Origin: Acidobacteriaceae bacterium
GTDB lineage: Bacteria > Acidobacteriota > Terriglobia > Terriglobales > Acidobacteriaceae
DNA: 64,000 nucleotides
Direction: 5' to 3'
Assembly: GCA_035944135.1 (NCBI GenBank)
Contig: DASZBM010000006.1
Location: 87,510 to 151,509, forward strand
Shown: in pieces, positions 7,101 to 17,340 of the stretch
How positions within the stretch are numbered: the first letter of the stretch is position 1
Layout of the letters: each line of letters begins with the position of its first letter
Position numbers and translations under genes: made by a program
The notes under the pieces: generated by a model
Database searches by the model: none
Seen by the model: the letters and a program-made list of their open reading frames with translations, nothing else
What the model was told of the DNA's origin: nothing

Positions 7101-9800
7101 CTACGCGATCATCTCCCCAACAACCGACGCCGCCTGCGCCAGCACACCATCCAGCGCCGCCACATCGCTTCCACCAGCCTCCGCAAGATCCGGCCGCCCA
7201 CCGCCTCTGCCGCCGACCTTCGCCGCCAGCGCGCCCACAACCTTCCCTGCCTGCACGCGCGATGTCAGGTCCTTCGTGACACCAGTAATCAGCGACACCT
7301 TGCCATCACTCGTCGCCGCTCCCAGCACTACCACACCCGAGCCCAGCTTCCCGCGCAGCTCATCCACCAGGTTCCTCATCTGCGACTTATCGAGCGCATC
7401 TACACGCCGAGCCAGCACCTTCACACCTTTAACTTCCACAGCCGAAGCCGCCGCATCCGCTGTCGCCGCACTCGCAGACTTCATCCGCATCTGCTCAAGC
7501 TCCCGCCGCAGCTTCTTCATCTCTTCGTCACTCTGCGCCAGCCTCGCCTGCAGCGCCGCAGCGTTCACATCGCCGCCAACAATCTGCCCCGCAACCTTTG
7601 TGACCTCCGCATCGCGCCGGAACAGCTCCAGCGACCCCGTCCCAGTCACCGCCTCTACGCGCCTCACTCCGCTCGACACCGAACTCTCACCCACCAACTT
7701 CAGCAGCCCGATCTCTCCCGTCGCCGCCGTGTGCGTTCCGCCGCACAGCTCCGTCGAGAAATCCCCAATCTTCACCACTCGCACGCGCTCGCCATACTTC
7801 TCGCCGAACAGCGCCATCGCGCCCAGCTCATGCACCGCCACATCGATCGGCACATCCACCAGCGTCTCCACCTTGCTGTTCGCGAGCACTTGCGTATTCA
7901 CAATGTCCTCAATCTCCTGCAGCTCCTCGTCCGCCACACCCGCAAAGTGCGAAAAATCAAACCGCAGCCGCGTCGCATCATTCAACGACCCAGCCTGCTT
8001 CACGTGCGTGCCCAGCACCTGCCTTAGCGCCGCATGCAGCAGATGCGTCCCCGTGTGATTGCGCATCGTCGCATGCCGCACGCCCGCATTCACCACCGTG
8101 TCGACCACGTCCCCCACCCCAATCGCATGCAACGCCTTCACCTGGTGCGCAAACACACCCTGTACCGGCTTCCTGCATCCGCTCACCTCGGCCACAGCCG
8201 TGATGTGATCGCTCGCATACAGCCAGCCCACATCACCAACCTGCCCACCCGAGTCCGCATAGAAGCTCGTCGCATCCAGCACCGCCTCGCCCGTCTCACC
8301 CGGCTGCAAACTCGCCACACCAACTCCGTCCTTCACCAGCGCCAGCACCCGCGCTCCATCCAGCCGCGTCGCCCCATATCCCTGAAACTCCGTCTGCGGC
8401 AGCTCGCGATACACCGGCGCGGCGCTCTTCTGCGACCCACCCTTCCAACTCGCCCGCGCTCTCTGCTGCTCCTCCAGCTTCGCCCGCTCAAACCCCTCGT
8501 AATCGAACTCAATGCCCGCATCTCGCGCCGCGTCCACCATGAAGTCCAGCGGCATACCGAACGTCTCATACAAGCTGAACGCCTTCGCTCCATCGCGCAG
8601 CGTCTCGTCGGTCATGTTCCGCAGGCCGAGTTCCAGCGTGCGCGCAAACTGCTCCTCTTCCGCGAGCACCACCTTGCTCACGCGCTCCGCCGACTCCTTC
8701 AGCTCGGGATACGCCGCCTGCATCTCATCGCGCACAGCAAACACCATCTCGTGCAGAAACGGCTTCTCCTGACCCAACAACCGTCCATGCCGAATCCCGC
8801 GCCGCATGATCTTGCGCAGCACATACCCGCGCCCCTCATTCGACGGCAGCACACCATCCGAAATCAAAAACGTCGACGCCCTTGCATGGTCCGCAATAAT
8901 CCGCAGCGACGCCGCTCCCTTCACATCGCTCACCGCCAGCTCATCGATCGACAGCTCGCTCTTGAACCACGTCAACTCCTTCGCGCGCTTCAGCAGCGGC
9001 GTAAACAGATCATTCTCATAGTTCGAAATCTTCCCCTGTATCGCGCACGACACACGATCCAATCCCATGCCCGTATCGATCGACGGCTTCGGCAGCGGCG
9101 TCAGCGTTCCATCCGCTGCCCGATCGAACTGCATGAACACCAGGTTCCAGATCTCGACATACCGCTGCTCATCCTGCGGAAACGGCAGATCAACCGGCTG
9201 CCCATTTGCGTCGAACTTCTCGCTCGCCCGCACACCCAGGTCATAAAAAATCTCCGAGCAGGGACCACACGGCCCCGTATCGCCCATCTGCCAGAAGTTG
9301 TCCTTCATCCCCATCTCGAAGATGCGTTCCTTCGGCACTCCCGTCTCGATCCAGTACTGCTCCGCCTCGTCATCCCGGGGCACCGTCTCCGAGCCCTCGA
9401 AGATCGTCACGTACATCTTCTTGGGATCCATCCCAAACCACTCCGGACTCGTCAGCAGTTCCCACGCATACGCAATCGCGTCTTTCTTGAAGTAGTCGCC
9501 AAAGCTGAAGTTCCCCAGCATCTCGAAGAACGTATGGTGCCGCCGCGTAAACCCGACGTTTTCCAAATCGTTATGCTTTCCACCCGCACGCACGCACTTC
9601 TGGGACGATGCGGCGCGTGTGTACTCGCGCTTCTCCGCGCCCAGAAATACATCCTTAAACTGGTTCATCCCCGCGTTCGTAAACAGCAGCGTGGGATCAT
9701 TCGCCGGCACCAGCGAAGACGAGTGCACCCGACGGTGCCCCTTACCCTCAAAAAACCGCAGAAAATCTTCACGAATCTGATTGCCGGACAAGTTGCGCAT
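7101..9800 (-). CDS. alaS: Alanine--tRNA ligase
   Basis: 899 aa. N-terminus [48 protein letters not shown], an editing domain with [12 protein letters not shown], and a C-terminal DHHA1-like region. Confidence 0.97.
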   Translation of the reverse strand: MRNLSGNQIREDFLRFFEGKGHRRVHSSSLVPANDPTLLFTNAGMNQFKDVFLGAEKREYTRAASSQKCVRAGGKHNDLENVGFTRRHHTFFEMLGNFSFGDYFKKDAIAYAWELLTSPEWFGMDPKKMYVTIFEGSETVPRDDEAEQYWIETGVPKERIFEMGMKDNFWQMGDTGPCGPCSEIFYDLGVRASEKFDANGQPVDLPFPQDEQRYVEIWNLVFMQFDRAADGTLTPLPKPSIDTGMGLDRVSCAIQGKISNYENDLFTPLLKRAKELTWFKSELSIDELAVSDVKGAASLRIIADHARASTFLISDGVLPSNEGRGYVLRKIMRRGIRHGRLLGQEKPFLHEMVFAVRDEMQAAYPELKESAERVSKVVLAEEEQFARTLELGLRNMTDETLRDGAKAFSLYETFGMPLDFMVDAARDAGIEFDYEGFERAKLEEQQRARASWKGGSQKSAAPVYRELPQTEFQGYGATRLDGARVLALVKDGVGVASLQPGETGEAVLDATSFYADSGGQVGDVGWLYASDHITAVAEVSGCRKPVQGVFAHQVKALHAIGVGDVVDTVVNAGVRHATMRNHTGTHLLHAALRQVLGTHVKQAGSLNDATRLRFDFSHFAGVADEELQEIEDIVNTQVLANSKVETLVDVPIDVAVHELGAMALFGEKYGERVRVVKIGDFSTELCGGTHTAATGEIGLLKLVGESSVSSGVRRVEAVTGTGSLELFRRDAEVTKVAGQIVGGDVNAAALQARLAQSDEEMKKLRRELEQMRMKSASAATADAAASAVEVKGVKVLARRVDALDKSQMRNLVDELRGKLGSGVVVLGAATSDGKVSLITGVTKDLTSRVQAGKVVGALAAKVGGRGGGRPDLAEAGGSDVAALDGVLAQAASVVGEMIA

Positions 9801-9819
9801 AACCCTCAGTTTATCAGCG

Positions 9820-10749
9820 CTACAGGCTCACTCCCGGCCGCCACGTCAGCCCTTCGCGCCGCAGCTCCGGATCACGCGTCGCCTTCAGCTTCGCAAACTC
9901 ATCCGCATATCTCGCCATCTCCATCACGCTCACCAGTGCATCGAACGCATCCTCACTGCCCTTCGCCTTCGTCATCACCGCACGCCCAACAGGCTTGTAC
10001 ACCGCATCCGTCTTACACTTCGCCGCAAGATACTTACTCCTCGCCTCCGCATTCGACTTCGCCACCGCTCCTGTCATCAGCCGCGTATACATCTCCACCA
10101 GCAACGGCTTCGGCCTCCCCGCATCGAGCGCCGCAGCCTCCAGCGGCCACACGCGAAAACCCGCATCGTGCAGCCGCTCCAGCATCTGCATCGCTCGCAG
10201 CGATCCTGTCCCCACGCTCCCACTTCCGCCAATCTGAAACGGCGACTTCGGCGTGATACCGCGCATCTTCGCCGCGCGCTCCGGATCGCCGCCCTCCATC
10301 CCCTGCGCGATCTTGTTGTCATAGTCCGCAAACCGAAACATCCGCCGATATCCCGCCCCGCAGAACTGCGCCGGCCTCTTATGCGGCTTGCCCCAGAACC
10401 GCTCATCGCGCGCAATCTCGTCGCACTCGCGCGCCAGCCACTGCTCGGCCAGCCCCGCATTCGCCTTCCGCCAGAACGCGAACATGTCCTCGCAGCCGTG
10501 CTCCTCCAGAAACCATCCCGGAAAGCTGAAGCAACAGTCGATGCTCACCACCAGCCGCGGCGCCTCGCGCGCAAGCTCGATCAGCCACTCGGTGATCTCA
10601 TCGCGCGTGCGGCCTGCCTCAAGCTGGACCTTGATCCCACTCTCGCTGCGCGTCCAGATCGCGGACCAGATGTGCCGCCGCTGGCCGGCCGCGTCGATGC
10701 GGCCCGACCAGTCGATCGCGATCAGCCGCAGCGTCTTTGCCTTATTCAC
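9820..10749 (-). CDS. Hypothetical protein, possibly DUF429 / RNase-H-fold family
   Basis: 309 aa, GTG start. LIAIDWSG near the N-terminus, LVEMYTRL, and [11 protein letters not shown] near the C-terminus resemble the DUF429 pattern as I remember it. Not verifiable here. Confidence 0.6.
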   Translation of the reverse strand: MNKAKTLRLIAIDWSGRIDAAGQRRHIWSAIWTRSESGIKVQLEAGRTRDEITEWLIELAREAPRLVVSIDCCFSFPGWFLEEHGCEDMFAFWRKANAGLAEQWLARECDEIARDERFWGKPHKRPAQFCGAGYRRMFRFADYDNKIAQGMEGGDPERAAKMRGITPKSPFQIGGSGSVGTGSLRAMQMLERLHDAGFRVWPLEAAALDAGRPKPLLVEMYTRLMTGAVAKSNAEARSKYLAAKCKTDAVYKPVGRAVMTKAKGSEDAFDALVSVMEMARYADEFAKLKATRDPELRREGLTWRPGVSL

Positions 10750-10771
10750 TATTCACTACTCACTATTCACT
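10744..10771 (-). repeat. Heptanucleotide tandem repeat (4 units) in the recX / DUF429-like junction
   Basis: attcact attcact actcact attcact (mRNA sense AGTGAAT-type). Overlaps the recX stop (10763-10765) and the GTG start of the downstream gene (10749). Confidence 0.8.
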
Positions 10772-11230
10772 GCTTTCCTCAACATCAACCTCTTCGATGT
10801 CGCTTCCAGCCCAATCGCGCAACACCACCCAGACGGCTCGCGAGGAGAATCCCGCGGCGACCAGCCGGCGCATGATCTTCGCCGTCTCCTTCTGGCGCTG
10901 CTCGCGGTCGCCGCCGGGCGGCTTCAGGCGCTTGCGCTCTATGTATTGTCGGGCGAGCGCGACCTCATCCACATCCTCATACTGCTTTGTTACCGCTTCA
11001 TTCACCAGCGACGACGCGATTCCCTTCTGCATCAGGCCCTGTTGAACGCGGCGTTTCCCGAACTTCTCGTTCTCCTGGCGAAGGCGCGCGAAGTCGGCGG
11101 CGAATCGCTGATCGGATAAGTAGCCGAGTTCCTTCAGCTTTGCGATCACCTTCTCGACGGCTTCGCGGCCGGTTTCGTCGGGAGAGACACGATCCGACAA
11201 CCGGCGGCGAAGGTCGCGCTCGCTCTTCAT
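10763..11230 (-). CDS. recX: Recombination regulator RecX (true start probably upstream and non-canonical)
   Basis: 155 aa from the ATG at 11230. Three-repeat helical pattern (SERDLRRRL, VIAKLKELGYLSDQRFAADFAR, IMRRLVAAGFSSRAVWVVL). The in-frame upstream sequence encodes ..EPELLDYAVKSLGAK, which matches the first RecX helix. There is no ATG/GTG/TTG before the upstream stop at 11326-11324. Confidence 0.85.
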   Translation of the reverse strand: MKSERDLRRRLSDRVSPDETGREAVEKVIAKLKELGYLSDQRFAADFARLRQENEKFGKRRVQQGLMQKGIASSLVNEAVTKQYEDVDEVALARQYIERKRLKPPGGDREQRQKETAKIMRRLVAAGFSSRAVWVVLRDWAGSDIEEVDVEESSE

Positions 11231-11320
11231 CTTTGCGCCGAGGGACTTTACGGCGTAATCGAGCAGCTCAGGTTCCGTGAGCGGAGACTTTGTTCTGGCG
11301 GATTTTTTGTGGAATGGTAT

Positions 11321-11450
11321 GGGCTACCCCCCTCCCCCGTGTTTTTTGCGCAAAATCTTCAGGAGAAAAGACTTAGGTCCGGACCTAAGTGCGAAAATCC
11401 AGTATTTTGAGGCGCTTTGGCTGCAAAATATTCAAAACAAAGGAGTAAGG
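11321..11450 (+). repeat. Dispersed intergenic repeat, copy A, with 18-bp perfect palindrome
   Basis: The core cccccctcccccgtgttttttgcgcaaaatcttcaggagaaaagacttaggtccggac closely matches the reverse complement of 36610-36670. It contains the palindrome CTTAGGTCCGGACCTAAG (11372-11389) and iterated words tgcgcaaaatcttca / gtgcgaaaatcca / ctgcaaaatattca. Confidence 0.7.
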
Positions 11451-11491
11451 ATCATAGGGAGCTGCACTCGCGGCGCACAAAGCACGGTGTT

Positions 11492-13840
11492 TCATGGCTT
11501 TGCGGCGGCGGGGTTTTTCTCGGGACCGGCGCCGGCGTACTTGTTCATGCCGAGCCACTGGTCGCACCAGTCGTCGACGGTCTGGTACCAGAGCTGGGAG
11601 TTCTGGGGTTTGAGGACCCAGTGGCCTTCGTCGGGGAAGTAGAGCATTTTGCTCGGGACGCCGAGGAGCTGGAGCGCGGTGAAGAGTTCCATTCCCTGCG
11701 AGACGTCGAGCCGGTAGTCACGCTGCGAATGGATGATGAGCGTGGGCGTGTGGGCGTCCTTGATGTAGCGCATCGGCGACCACTTGATGAAGGGATTTTC
11801 CGAGTCGGGCTTGCCGTAGAAGTCCCACGGGTGCGAGGGGCGGTTTTGTTCGACGACGGCGTCGGAAGCATTGGAGGCGAGCGGGCGAAATTCCCATTCG
11901 TTGAACCAGAGCTCTTCGGTGTCGCCGAAGGCTGCCGTGGCATCGCTCATGCCGTCATGGGTGACGATGCACTTGAAGCGGTTGGTGTGGGTGAGGACCC
12001 AGTCGGCCATGTAGCCGCCGTAGGAGGCGCCCAGGGCGCACTCGCGGTTCTTATCGATAAACGGGTATTTCGCCTCGGCGAAATCCAGACCTTTCATGAG
12101 GTCGACGTAGGCGCGGCCGCCCCAGTCACCGGAGACCTCTTCGACGAACTTCTGGCCGTAGCCTGTCGAGCCGCGGCGGTTGATGCCGATGACGACGTAG
12201 CCGTTCGCGGCGAAGAGCTCCCAGTTCCAGCGGTAGGACCAGGCGTCGCCCCAGGCAGTCTGCGGGCCGCCGTGCATGAGGAATTTGACGGGGTATTTTT
12301 TGGAGGGATCGAAGTTGGGTGGCTTGACGAGGAAGCCCTGGACCTTGGTGCCGTTCGCGCCCGCGAACCAGAAGGATTCGAGTGGGGCAAGCGAAATCTG
12401 GGATTCGACGTCCTGATTTAAGTGAGTCAACAATTTCGGCTCGAACGATGGCTGTGTCACGTCCCGACTCGGGCCCTTTCCAACGAGATCGAGCTTGATC
12501 GTACGCGTGCCGTCATCCATACCAAGCCAATCGAACCTTGCAATTTCCGTCGGCCGATCCACACGCATAAGACTGCCGACCATTTCGAAGTTGCTGTTAA
12601 CGCGCCGCAGGGACAGCTCGCTCCATTCACCTGTCGCTTTGCCAAAGCGGCGGAGTTCGCGTCCGTCTATGTTGACCGAATAGATCGGCGCCTCGCCTCT
12701 GTCTTCGGAGACAAAGAAAATTTCTTTTGAAGTGTCTGACCAAACGAATTCATCAATCCACATGTCCAGGTTGGCAGCCTTGCCACCGCCGGTCTCCGAA
12801 TAGTCGAAGCGAACGTGATCAAGCGGCCCGAGGTTGCCGGTAGCGCGATCCATCAGTGCGAGTTTGAATTGGTCCGACTCATACCCATTCCTCGCTTGTG
12901 ACCGCCAGGCAAGGTATTTGCCGTCGGGCGAGTACTGCGGGCCGTCGTCGCTGCCGGGTGAGGTGGAGACCTTGACGGCCTTTGCGTTGGGGTCGTCGAG
13001 CTTGAGGGTGAAGATGTCGTTGTTGGTGGACTCGCCGGGTTGCGGGAAGACGCCGGGCTTCGCGAAGCCGACCTCGAGGTTGGTGACGTAGGCGATCTCG
13101 TGCGAGTCGGGAGCCCAGGCGTAGCCTAGCGGGCCGCCGAGGGAGAACGTTGGGGTTTCGGCGTCGCCGACGGCGGAGCGCGGCGTGAGGTCGCGGAGGT
13201 TGTGGCCGTCGGCGTCGACGACGGCGATGTGGCTGCGACGTTTGCCGGTGAAGTGGTCCCAGTGGCGATAGAGGAGTGAGTCCCAGATCTGCGCTTTGAC
13301 GGGCGAGGCGTCGGCGGCCTTCTGCTTGTCGGCGTCGCAGGCGTCCTCTTTCTGCCAGTCACCGAGGTCGGAACACTCGGGGTAGACGGAGACAGTAAAG
13401 AGGAGGCGTTTGGAATCGGGCGACCAGATCGCGCCGTCAGCTCCTCCATTAACATTCGTCACCTGTGTGGGCGAGCCGACCGTGCCCGCGGCTTCGTCCC
13501 AGGGCATGGTGTAGATCTGGTCCTTCATCGTCAGCGCGATGGAGTGGCCGTCGGGGGCGAAGCGGCCGTTGGATTCGCCGTCGCCAAACGTGACCTGGTG
13601 TTCTTTGGCACTGCCGTCGAGCGGCACGGCCCACAGATGATTCGTCTTCGTGTTCTTCTCGAGCGAGACGTCGGTGACCGAAAAGAGGACCCATTTGCCG
13701 GAGGGCGAGATTTGCGGGTCGGAGACGCGCTTCATGGCCATGAGGTCGGCGAAGGTCATGGGGCGCTTTTGCTGGGTGGGCCGTTGCGCGGCAATGGGGA
13801 GGGCGAGGGCGGCGAGCAGGACGGAGGTGGCGAGGCGCAT
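11492..13840 (-). CDS. S9 family serine peptidase (prolyl oligopeptidase / dipeptidyl peptidase-like) with N-terminal beta-propeller
   Basis: 782 aa. Signal peptide MRLATSVLLAALALPIAAQ. TolB/propeller-like repeats. C-terminal alpha/beta hydrolase domain with GASYGGYM (GxSxGG), HSQRDYRLD and DEGHW. Confidence 0.9.
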   Translation of the reverse strand: MRLATSVLLAALALPIAAQRPTQQKRPMTFADLMAMKRVSDPQISPSGKWVLFSVTDVSLEKNTKTNHLWAVPLDGSAKEHQVTFGDGESNGRFAPDGHSIALTMKDQIYTMPWDEAAGTVGSPTQVTNVNGGADGAIWSPDSKRLLFTVSVYPECSDLGDWQKEDACDADKQKAADASPVKAQIWDSLLYRHWDHFTGKRRSHIAVVDADGHNLRDLTPRSAVGDAETPTFSLGGPLGYAWAPDSHEIAYVTNLEVGFAKPGVFPQPGESTNNDIFTLKLDDPNAKAVKVSTSPGSDDGPQYSPDGKYLAWRSQARNGYESDQFKLALMDRATGNLGPLDHVRFDYSETGGGKAANLDMWIDEFVWSDTSKEIFFVSEDRGEAPIYSVNIDGRELRRFGKATGEWSELSLRRVNSNFEMVGSLMRVDRPTEIARFDWLGMDDGTRTIKLDLVGKGPSRDVTQPSFEPKLLTHLNQDVESQISLAPLESFWFAGANGTKVQGFLVKPPNFDPSKKYPVKFLMHGGPQTAWGDAWSYRWNWELFAANGYVVIGINRRGSTGYGQKFVEEVSGDWGGRAYVDLMKGLDFAEAKYPFIDKNRECALGASYGGYMADWVLTHTNRFKCIVTHDGMSDATAAFGDTEELWFNEWEFRPLASNASDAVVEQNRPSHPWDFYGKPDSENPFIKWSPMRYIKDAHTPTLIIHSQRDYRLDVSQGMELFTALQLLGVPSKMLYFPDEGHWVLKPQNSQLWYQTVDDWCDQWLGMNKYAGAGPEKNPAAAKP

Positions 13841-14019
13841 CGGGGGTAAGTGTAAGGCAATCCCAACATTTGTGGCGGGCGAGCGAAAAGCAAATACAGA
13901 GGTCCTTCGCCTACGGCTCAGGATGACGGCGATTTGAGGTCAGCGGTATGGCCGGAACTGCGGCGCTTGCAGAACCTTTTTGGTCGGCCTACCGTCTAGT
14001 TCAGTAGGGATTTCAGGAC

Positions 14020-14910
14020 ATGGTTCGCAGATTGCTCGCTCTCGCTCTTGCTGTTGGTGTCTCCTCCATTGCTGCGCCCGGCTTCGCGCAGTCGAACGCA
14101 ACCCAGGGATTTGGGCCGCTGGACTCGTCGCAGCCGACCGGAATCACGATTGAACAGATTGTCCAGAAGATGGGTCAGCAGGAGGCGGCGTACGAGCAGG
14201 CGCGGAACCAGTACGAGTTTCGTCAGACGGTGAAGATCCAGACGATCAACGACGACACCGGGCGGCCGGACGGCGAGTATCAGCAGGTCACGGACATCAC
14301 CTTCGATCCGACGGGCAAACGGATGGAGCACGTCGTCTTCGCTCCGCAGAACACGATTGAGCGCGTGATCCTGACCGAGAACGACATGAAGGATATTGCG
14401 GAGCGCATTCCGTTCATCCTGACGACGGCGCAGCTTCCCGACTACAACCTGACCTACCTGGGCAAACAGCACGTGGATGAGCTGAATACGTACGTGTTCG
14501 ACTGCGCGCCGAAGGTGCTGGTGAAAGGACATCGCTACTTCCAGGGAAAGATCTGGGTGGACCAGCAGGACAATGAGATTGTCCTGGTGAACGGGCTGAA
14601 CGTTCCGCAGGACACGCGCAAGGGACACGAAGACCTGAGCCCGCCGTTCACGACCTACTACGAGCAGATCGACGGCGTGTACTGGTTCCCGGTGTACACC
14701 AAGGCGGAGGGCATTCTGCACTTTGCGGCGCAGAACGGTGCGCTCAGCCAGGATGATCACATTCGCGCGACGGTGCACTTTACGAACTACAAGAAGTTCA
14801 ACTTCCACACGAACATCAAGATCACGTACGGCAATGACACGATCGCTCCAGGCGCGAAGCAGCCGGCCGGCGGTGAGCAGCCTGCGCAGGATTCGCAGCA
14901 GCCGAAGTAG
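14020..14910 (+). CDS. Hypothetical secreted protein, LolA-like / outer-membrane lipoprotein-sorting-like fold (tentative)
   Basis: 296 aa. Signal peptide MVRRLLALALAVGVSSIAAPGFAQ. Beta-rich, with a C-terminal low-complexity tail. The family call is weak. Confidence 0.65.
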   Translation: MVRRLLALALAVGVSSIAAPGFAQSNATQGFGPLDSSQPTGITIEQIVQKMGQQEAAYEQARNQYEFRQTVKIQTINDDTGRPDGEYQQVTDITFDPTGKRMEHVVFAPQNTIERVILTENDMKDIAERIPFILTTAQLPDYNLTYLGKQHVDELNTYVFDCAPKVLVKGHRYFQGKIWVDQQDNEIVLVNGLNVPQDTRKGHEDLSPPFTTYYEQIDGVYWFPVYTKAEGILHFAAQNGALSQDDHIRATVHFTNYKKFNFHTNIKITYGNDTIAPGAKQPAGGEQPAQDSQQPK

Positions 14911-14913
14911 CGG

Positions 14914-17340
14914 CTAGTCGCTCAGCACATCCTCGTTGTAGTTGATGAGCAGCTTCTTGCCGGGCGAAGGCAGCTTGCCGAGCTTCACTGTCTGGTCAAA
15001 GGCGGTCACGCCGCGCATCCTGACCGTGGCGAGACGGATGGTGTTGCCGTTGGCCATCTGCATATATATCGGCACGAGCATGAGGAAGTTATCGGAGACA
15101 CCGCTCTGCGCGATCTTGACGTGGACGGAGGTGACGCCGTCTTCGCCCGTGCTGAAATCGGAGCTGACGTCGTAGTGCGGGACCTCGGTACCGTAGACGT
15201 ACTCGTTGAAGAACCAGTCGAGCTTGCGGTCGCCCGCGGCGTCGACCCATTTGGGCATGGTTTTCTCGAGTGAGTGCTTGAAGTCTTCGGTGGACGCTGA
15301 CTTGCCGGCGTACTCCTGGACGAAGGCCTGCATGGATTTCTTGAACGGCTCGTCACCATTCTGCGGCGTCCAGTACATCATCTGGATCATGTGCAGGATG
15401 TAGGCGCCCTTGGCATAGATGACGGCGCGCGCAACGTCGTCGCCGGTTTTGTTGCTGTTGACGCGATAGCCCATGGTGACGGGCCCGACGTCGATGGGCC
15501 GCTTGCCGTAAGCGTTCTTCTCGAAGAGCAGACGATGCTGATCGTTCCAGTACTTGTGATACTCGTCCATCTTGGCGGAGGTCTGCATGAGGAAGAGGCT
15601 GGCGGAAAAGGTGGCGAAGCCTTCGCCCATCCACTGGTCGCGATAGCTGGACCATCCGATGAGATCGCCCCACCACTGATGCGCGACCTCGTGCGGCGTG
15701 ACGGACTCCCAGAAGGACGGCATGTCGAAGTCGCGAAGACCGAAGGCGTGCTGCTCGGTGGTGTCCCAGAAGGCGCAGATGGGAAGGTAGACCATGGTGG
15801 GCCAGCCCTGGCCGTCGAGGCAGGTCGTCTGCTCGGTGAGTGAGACATGGTCGTAGGGCAGCTTGCCGAAATAGTTGGTGTAGATCTGGATGGCGGCGTT
15901 GCCCTGCGAGACCTGGTTCTTCAGACCGGGCGGCGTGGCGAGACTGCCGATGCCGTTGTTTGCGAAGTTGACGACAGAGTCAGGCAGATTGACGTTTGCG
16001 AAGCCGTCGACGGCGAAGCCTTGCGGCGTTTTGATCTCCTCCTGCCTGAAGTCGCCGATGTTGAAACCGGCGACGGGAATCGGCGCGCGCGTCTGCCAGA
16101 CGTAGCGCTCGAGCGAGCCGTCGCGGTCGTGCGCGACGAGGTCGCCGGTGGCAACGGCCTGCAGGCCCCTGAGCAGATGGAAGGTGAGACGGTAGTTCGC
16201 GAAGTCGCCGAAGACGCCGTTTGGAGCGGGATACCAGGAGTCGCGCGCGGAGTGCAGGAGCTCGTAAACACCCTCGCCTTCATGCTGAACGGCGTCGGGG
16301 CCGGAGTACTTGATAAGCAGGCGGAGCGGATGATCGGTCGGCGCGTCGTGCGGGAGCTCGACCGCGAAGCCAGGGTCAGCCTTCTTGTCCTCCTGGATGA
16401 AGTCGAGCGGAGCGCCAGTCTCGGAGTAGACGCCGCTGACGCGAAGCGTGGGAAAGAGATTGAAGCCGACGACGCGCAGACCGGGACGATTCGCGGTGAG
16501 CGTCACGGTCGCGGCGCAGGTGAGCTTGCCGGACTTTTCCATCGCGATGTCGATGGCTTCGTCGGTGACATGCGTGGGAAGCGCAGCGGAGTCTGCGCGC
16601 TGCATCCGGTAGGCGGTCCAGCCGTGAAACTCGTCGGTGCCCCAGGTTGCGAGCTCAACCTGGTCGCCGTCGGCGAGCGGTGCGCCTTCGGGGTCGACGA
16701 CAAAGAGCAGGTTCTTGCCGGCGAAGAATCCGCCGGCTCGGAAGGATGCGAGGAAGAAGCTGCCGTGCGCGTCAGCGGGATGATCGGAGAGAACGTCTTC
16801 GAGAATGCGCTCGTCGAGATTCCAGTGGAGCGTCAGGCGGAGGTTCTTCGCGAGCTCGGCGGCGGCCCTGGAGGCCTCGGTTGCGTCGGCGCTCGCGGAG
16901 CCTGTGGAGGCCTTGCGGATATCATCGGCGGTCGCGTCCGTGAAACGCAGAACAACGGTGGCGAAATCCTGCGACATCTCCGGCGTCTTCGTCAGCAGCG
17001 CGAGCGACCGGCGCTCGTTGGGATCGGTGGGCGAGAGTGTGAAGCGGCCTTTGCCCTCGAACACTGCGCCGGTAATGTGCCCGTTCACGGGGCCATAGAG
17101 AAAGAAGCTGCCATCGTCGAAGTGGAACGTGCCGCCCTCGCGCTCGATCGAGAGACCCTTCACTGCAATGCCGGGACCCGCGGGAAGGTTGGAGCGCATC
17201 GCCGCGTAGGTCGCTTCGGAGTTTGGCGGACGGGCAGTGCCGTTAGCTTCAATGACAGGAGCCGAGAGCTGCGCGAGGCACACGGCGGGCGCAAATGCCA
17301 TCGCCAGGATGAGTGAAAGAGGCCGGACTGCGGGGAACAT
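14914..17340 (-). CDS. M1 family zinc metallopeptidase (aminopeptidase N-like), secreted
   Basis: HEVAHQWWG...WMGEGFATF (HExxH plus E). Start moved to the ATG at 17340 (MFPAVRPLSLILAMAFAPAVCLAQ, signal peptide). The track's longer ORF, reaching 17571, overlaps the thiolase 3' end. Confidence 0.9.
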   Translation of the reverse strand: MFPAVRPLSLILAMAFAPAVCLAQLSAPVIEANGTARPPNSEATYAAMRSNLPAGPGIAVKGLSIEREGGTFHFDDGSFFLYGPVNGHITGAVFEGKGRFTLSPTDPNERRSLALLTKTPEMSQDFATVVLRFTDATADDIRKASTGSASADATEASRAAAELAKNLRLTLHWNLDERILEDVLSDHPADAHGSFFLASFRAGGFFAGKNLLFVVDPEGAPLADGDQVELATWGTDEFHGWTAYRMQRADSAALPTHVTDEAIDIAMEKSGKLTCAATVTLTANRPGLRVVGFNLFPTLRVSGVYSETGAPLDFIQEDKKADPGFAVELPHDAPTDHPLRLLIKYSGPDAVQHEGEGVYELLHSARDSWYPAPNGVFGDFANYRLTFHLLRGLQAVATGDLVAHDRDGSLERYVWQTRAPIPVAGFNIGDFRQEEIKTPQGFAVDGFANVNLPDSVVNFANNGIGSLATPPGLKNQVSQGNAAIQIYTNYFGKLPYDHVSLTEQTTCLDGQGWPTMVYLPICAFWDTTEQHAFGLRDFDMPSFWESVTPHEVAHQWWGDLIGWSSYRDQWMGEGFATFSASLFLMQTSAKMDEYHKYWNDQHRLLFEKNAYGKRPIDVGPVTMGYRVNSNKTGDDVARAVIYAKGAYILHMIQMMYWTPQNGDEPFKKSMQAFVQEYAGKSASTEDFKHSLEKTMPKWVDAAGDRKLDWFFNEYVYGTEVPHYDVSSDFSTGEDGVTSVHVKIAQSGVSDNFLMLVPIYMQMANGNTIRLATVRMRGVTAFDQTVKLGKLPSPGKKLLINYNEDVLSD

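Noticed and set aside
8034-10256. 740-aa plus-strand ORF
   Set aside because: It lies antisense to alaS and the DUF429-like gene. The product is Arg/His/Leu/Pro-rich low-complexity sequence with no domain-like segments. This is a typical stop-free shadow frame in GC-rich DNA.
13996-14808. 270-aa minus-strand ORF opposite the LolA-like gene
   Set aside because: The plus-strand ORF has a signal peptide and normal composition. The minus ORF is a Leu/Arg/Val-rich shadow.
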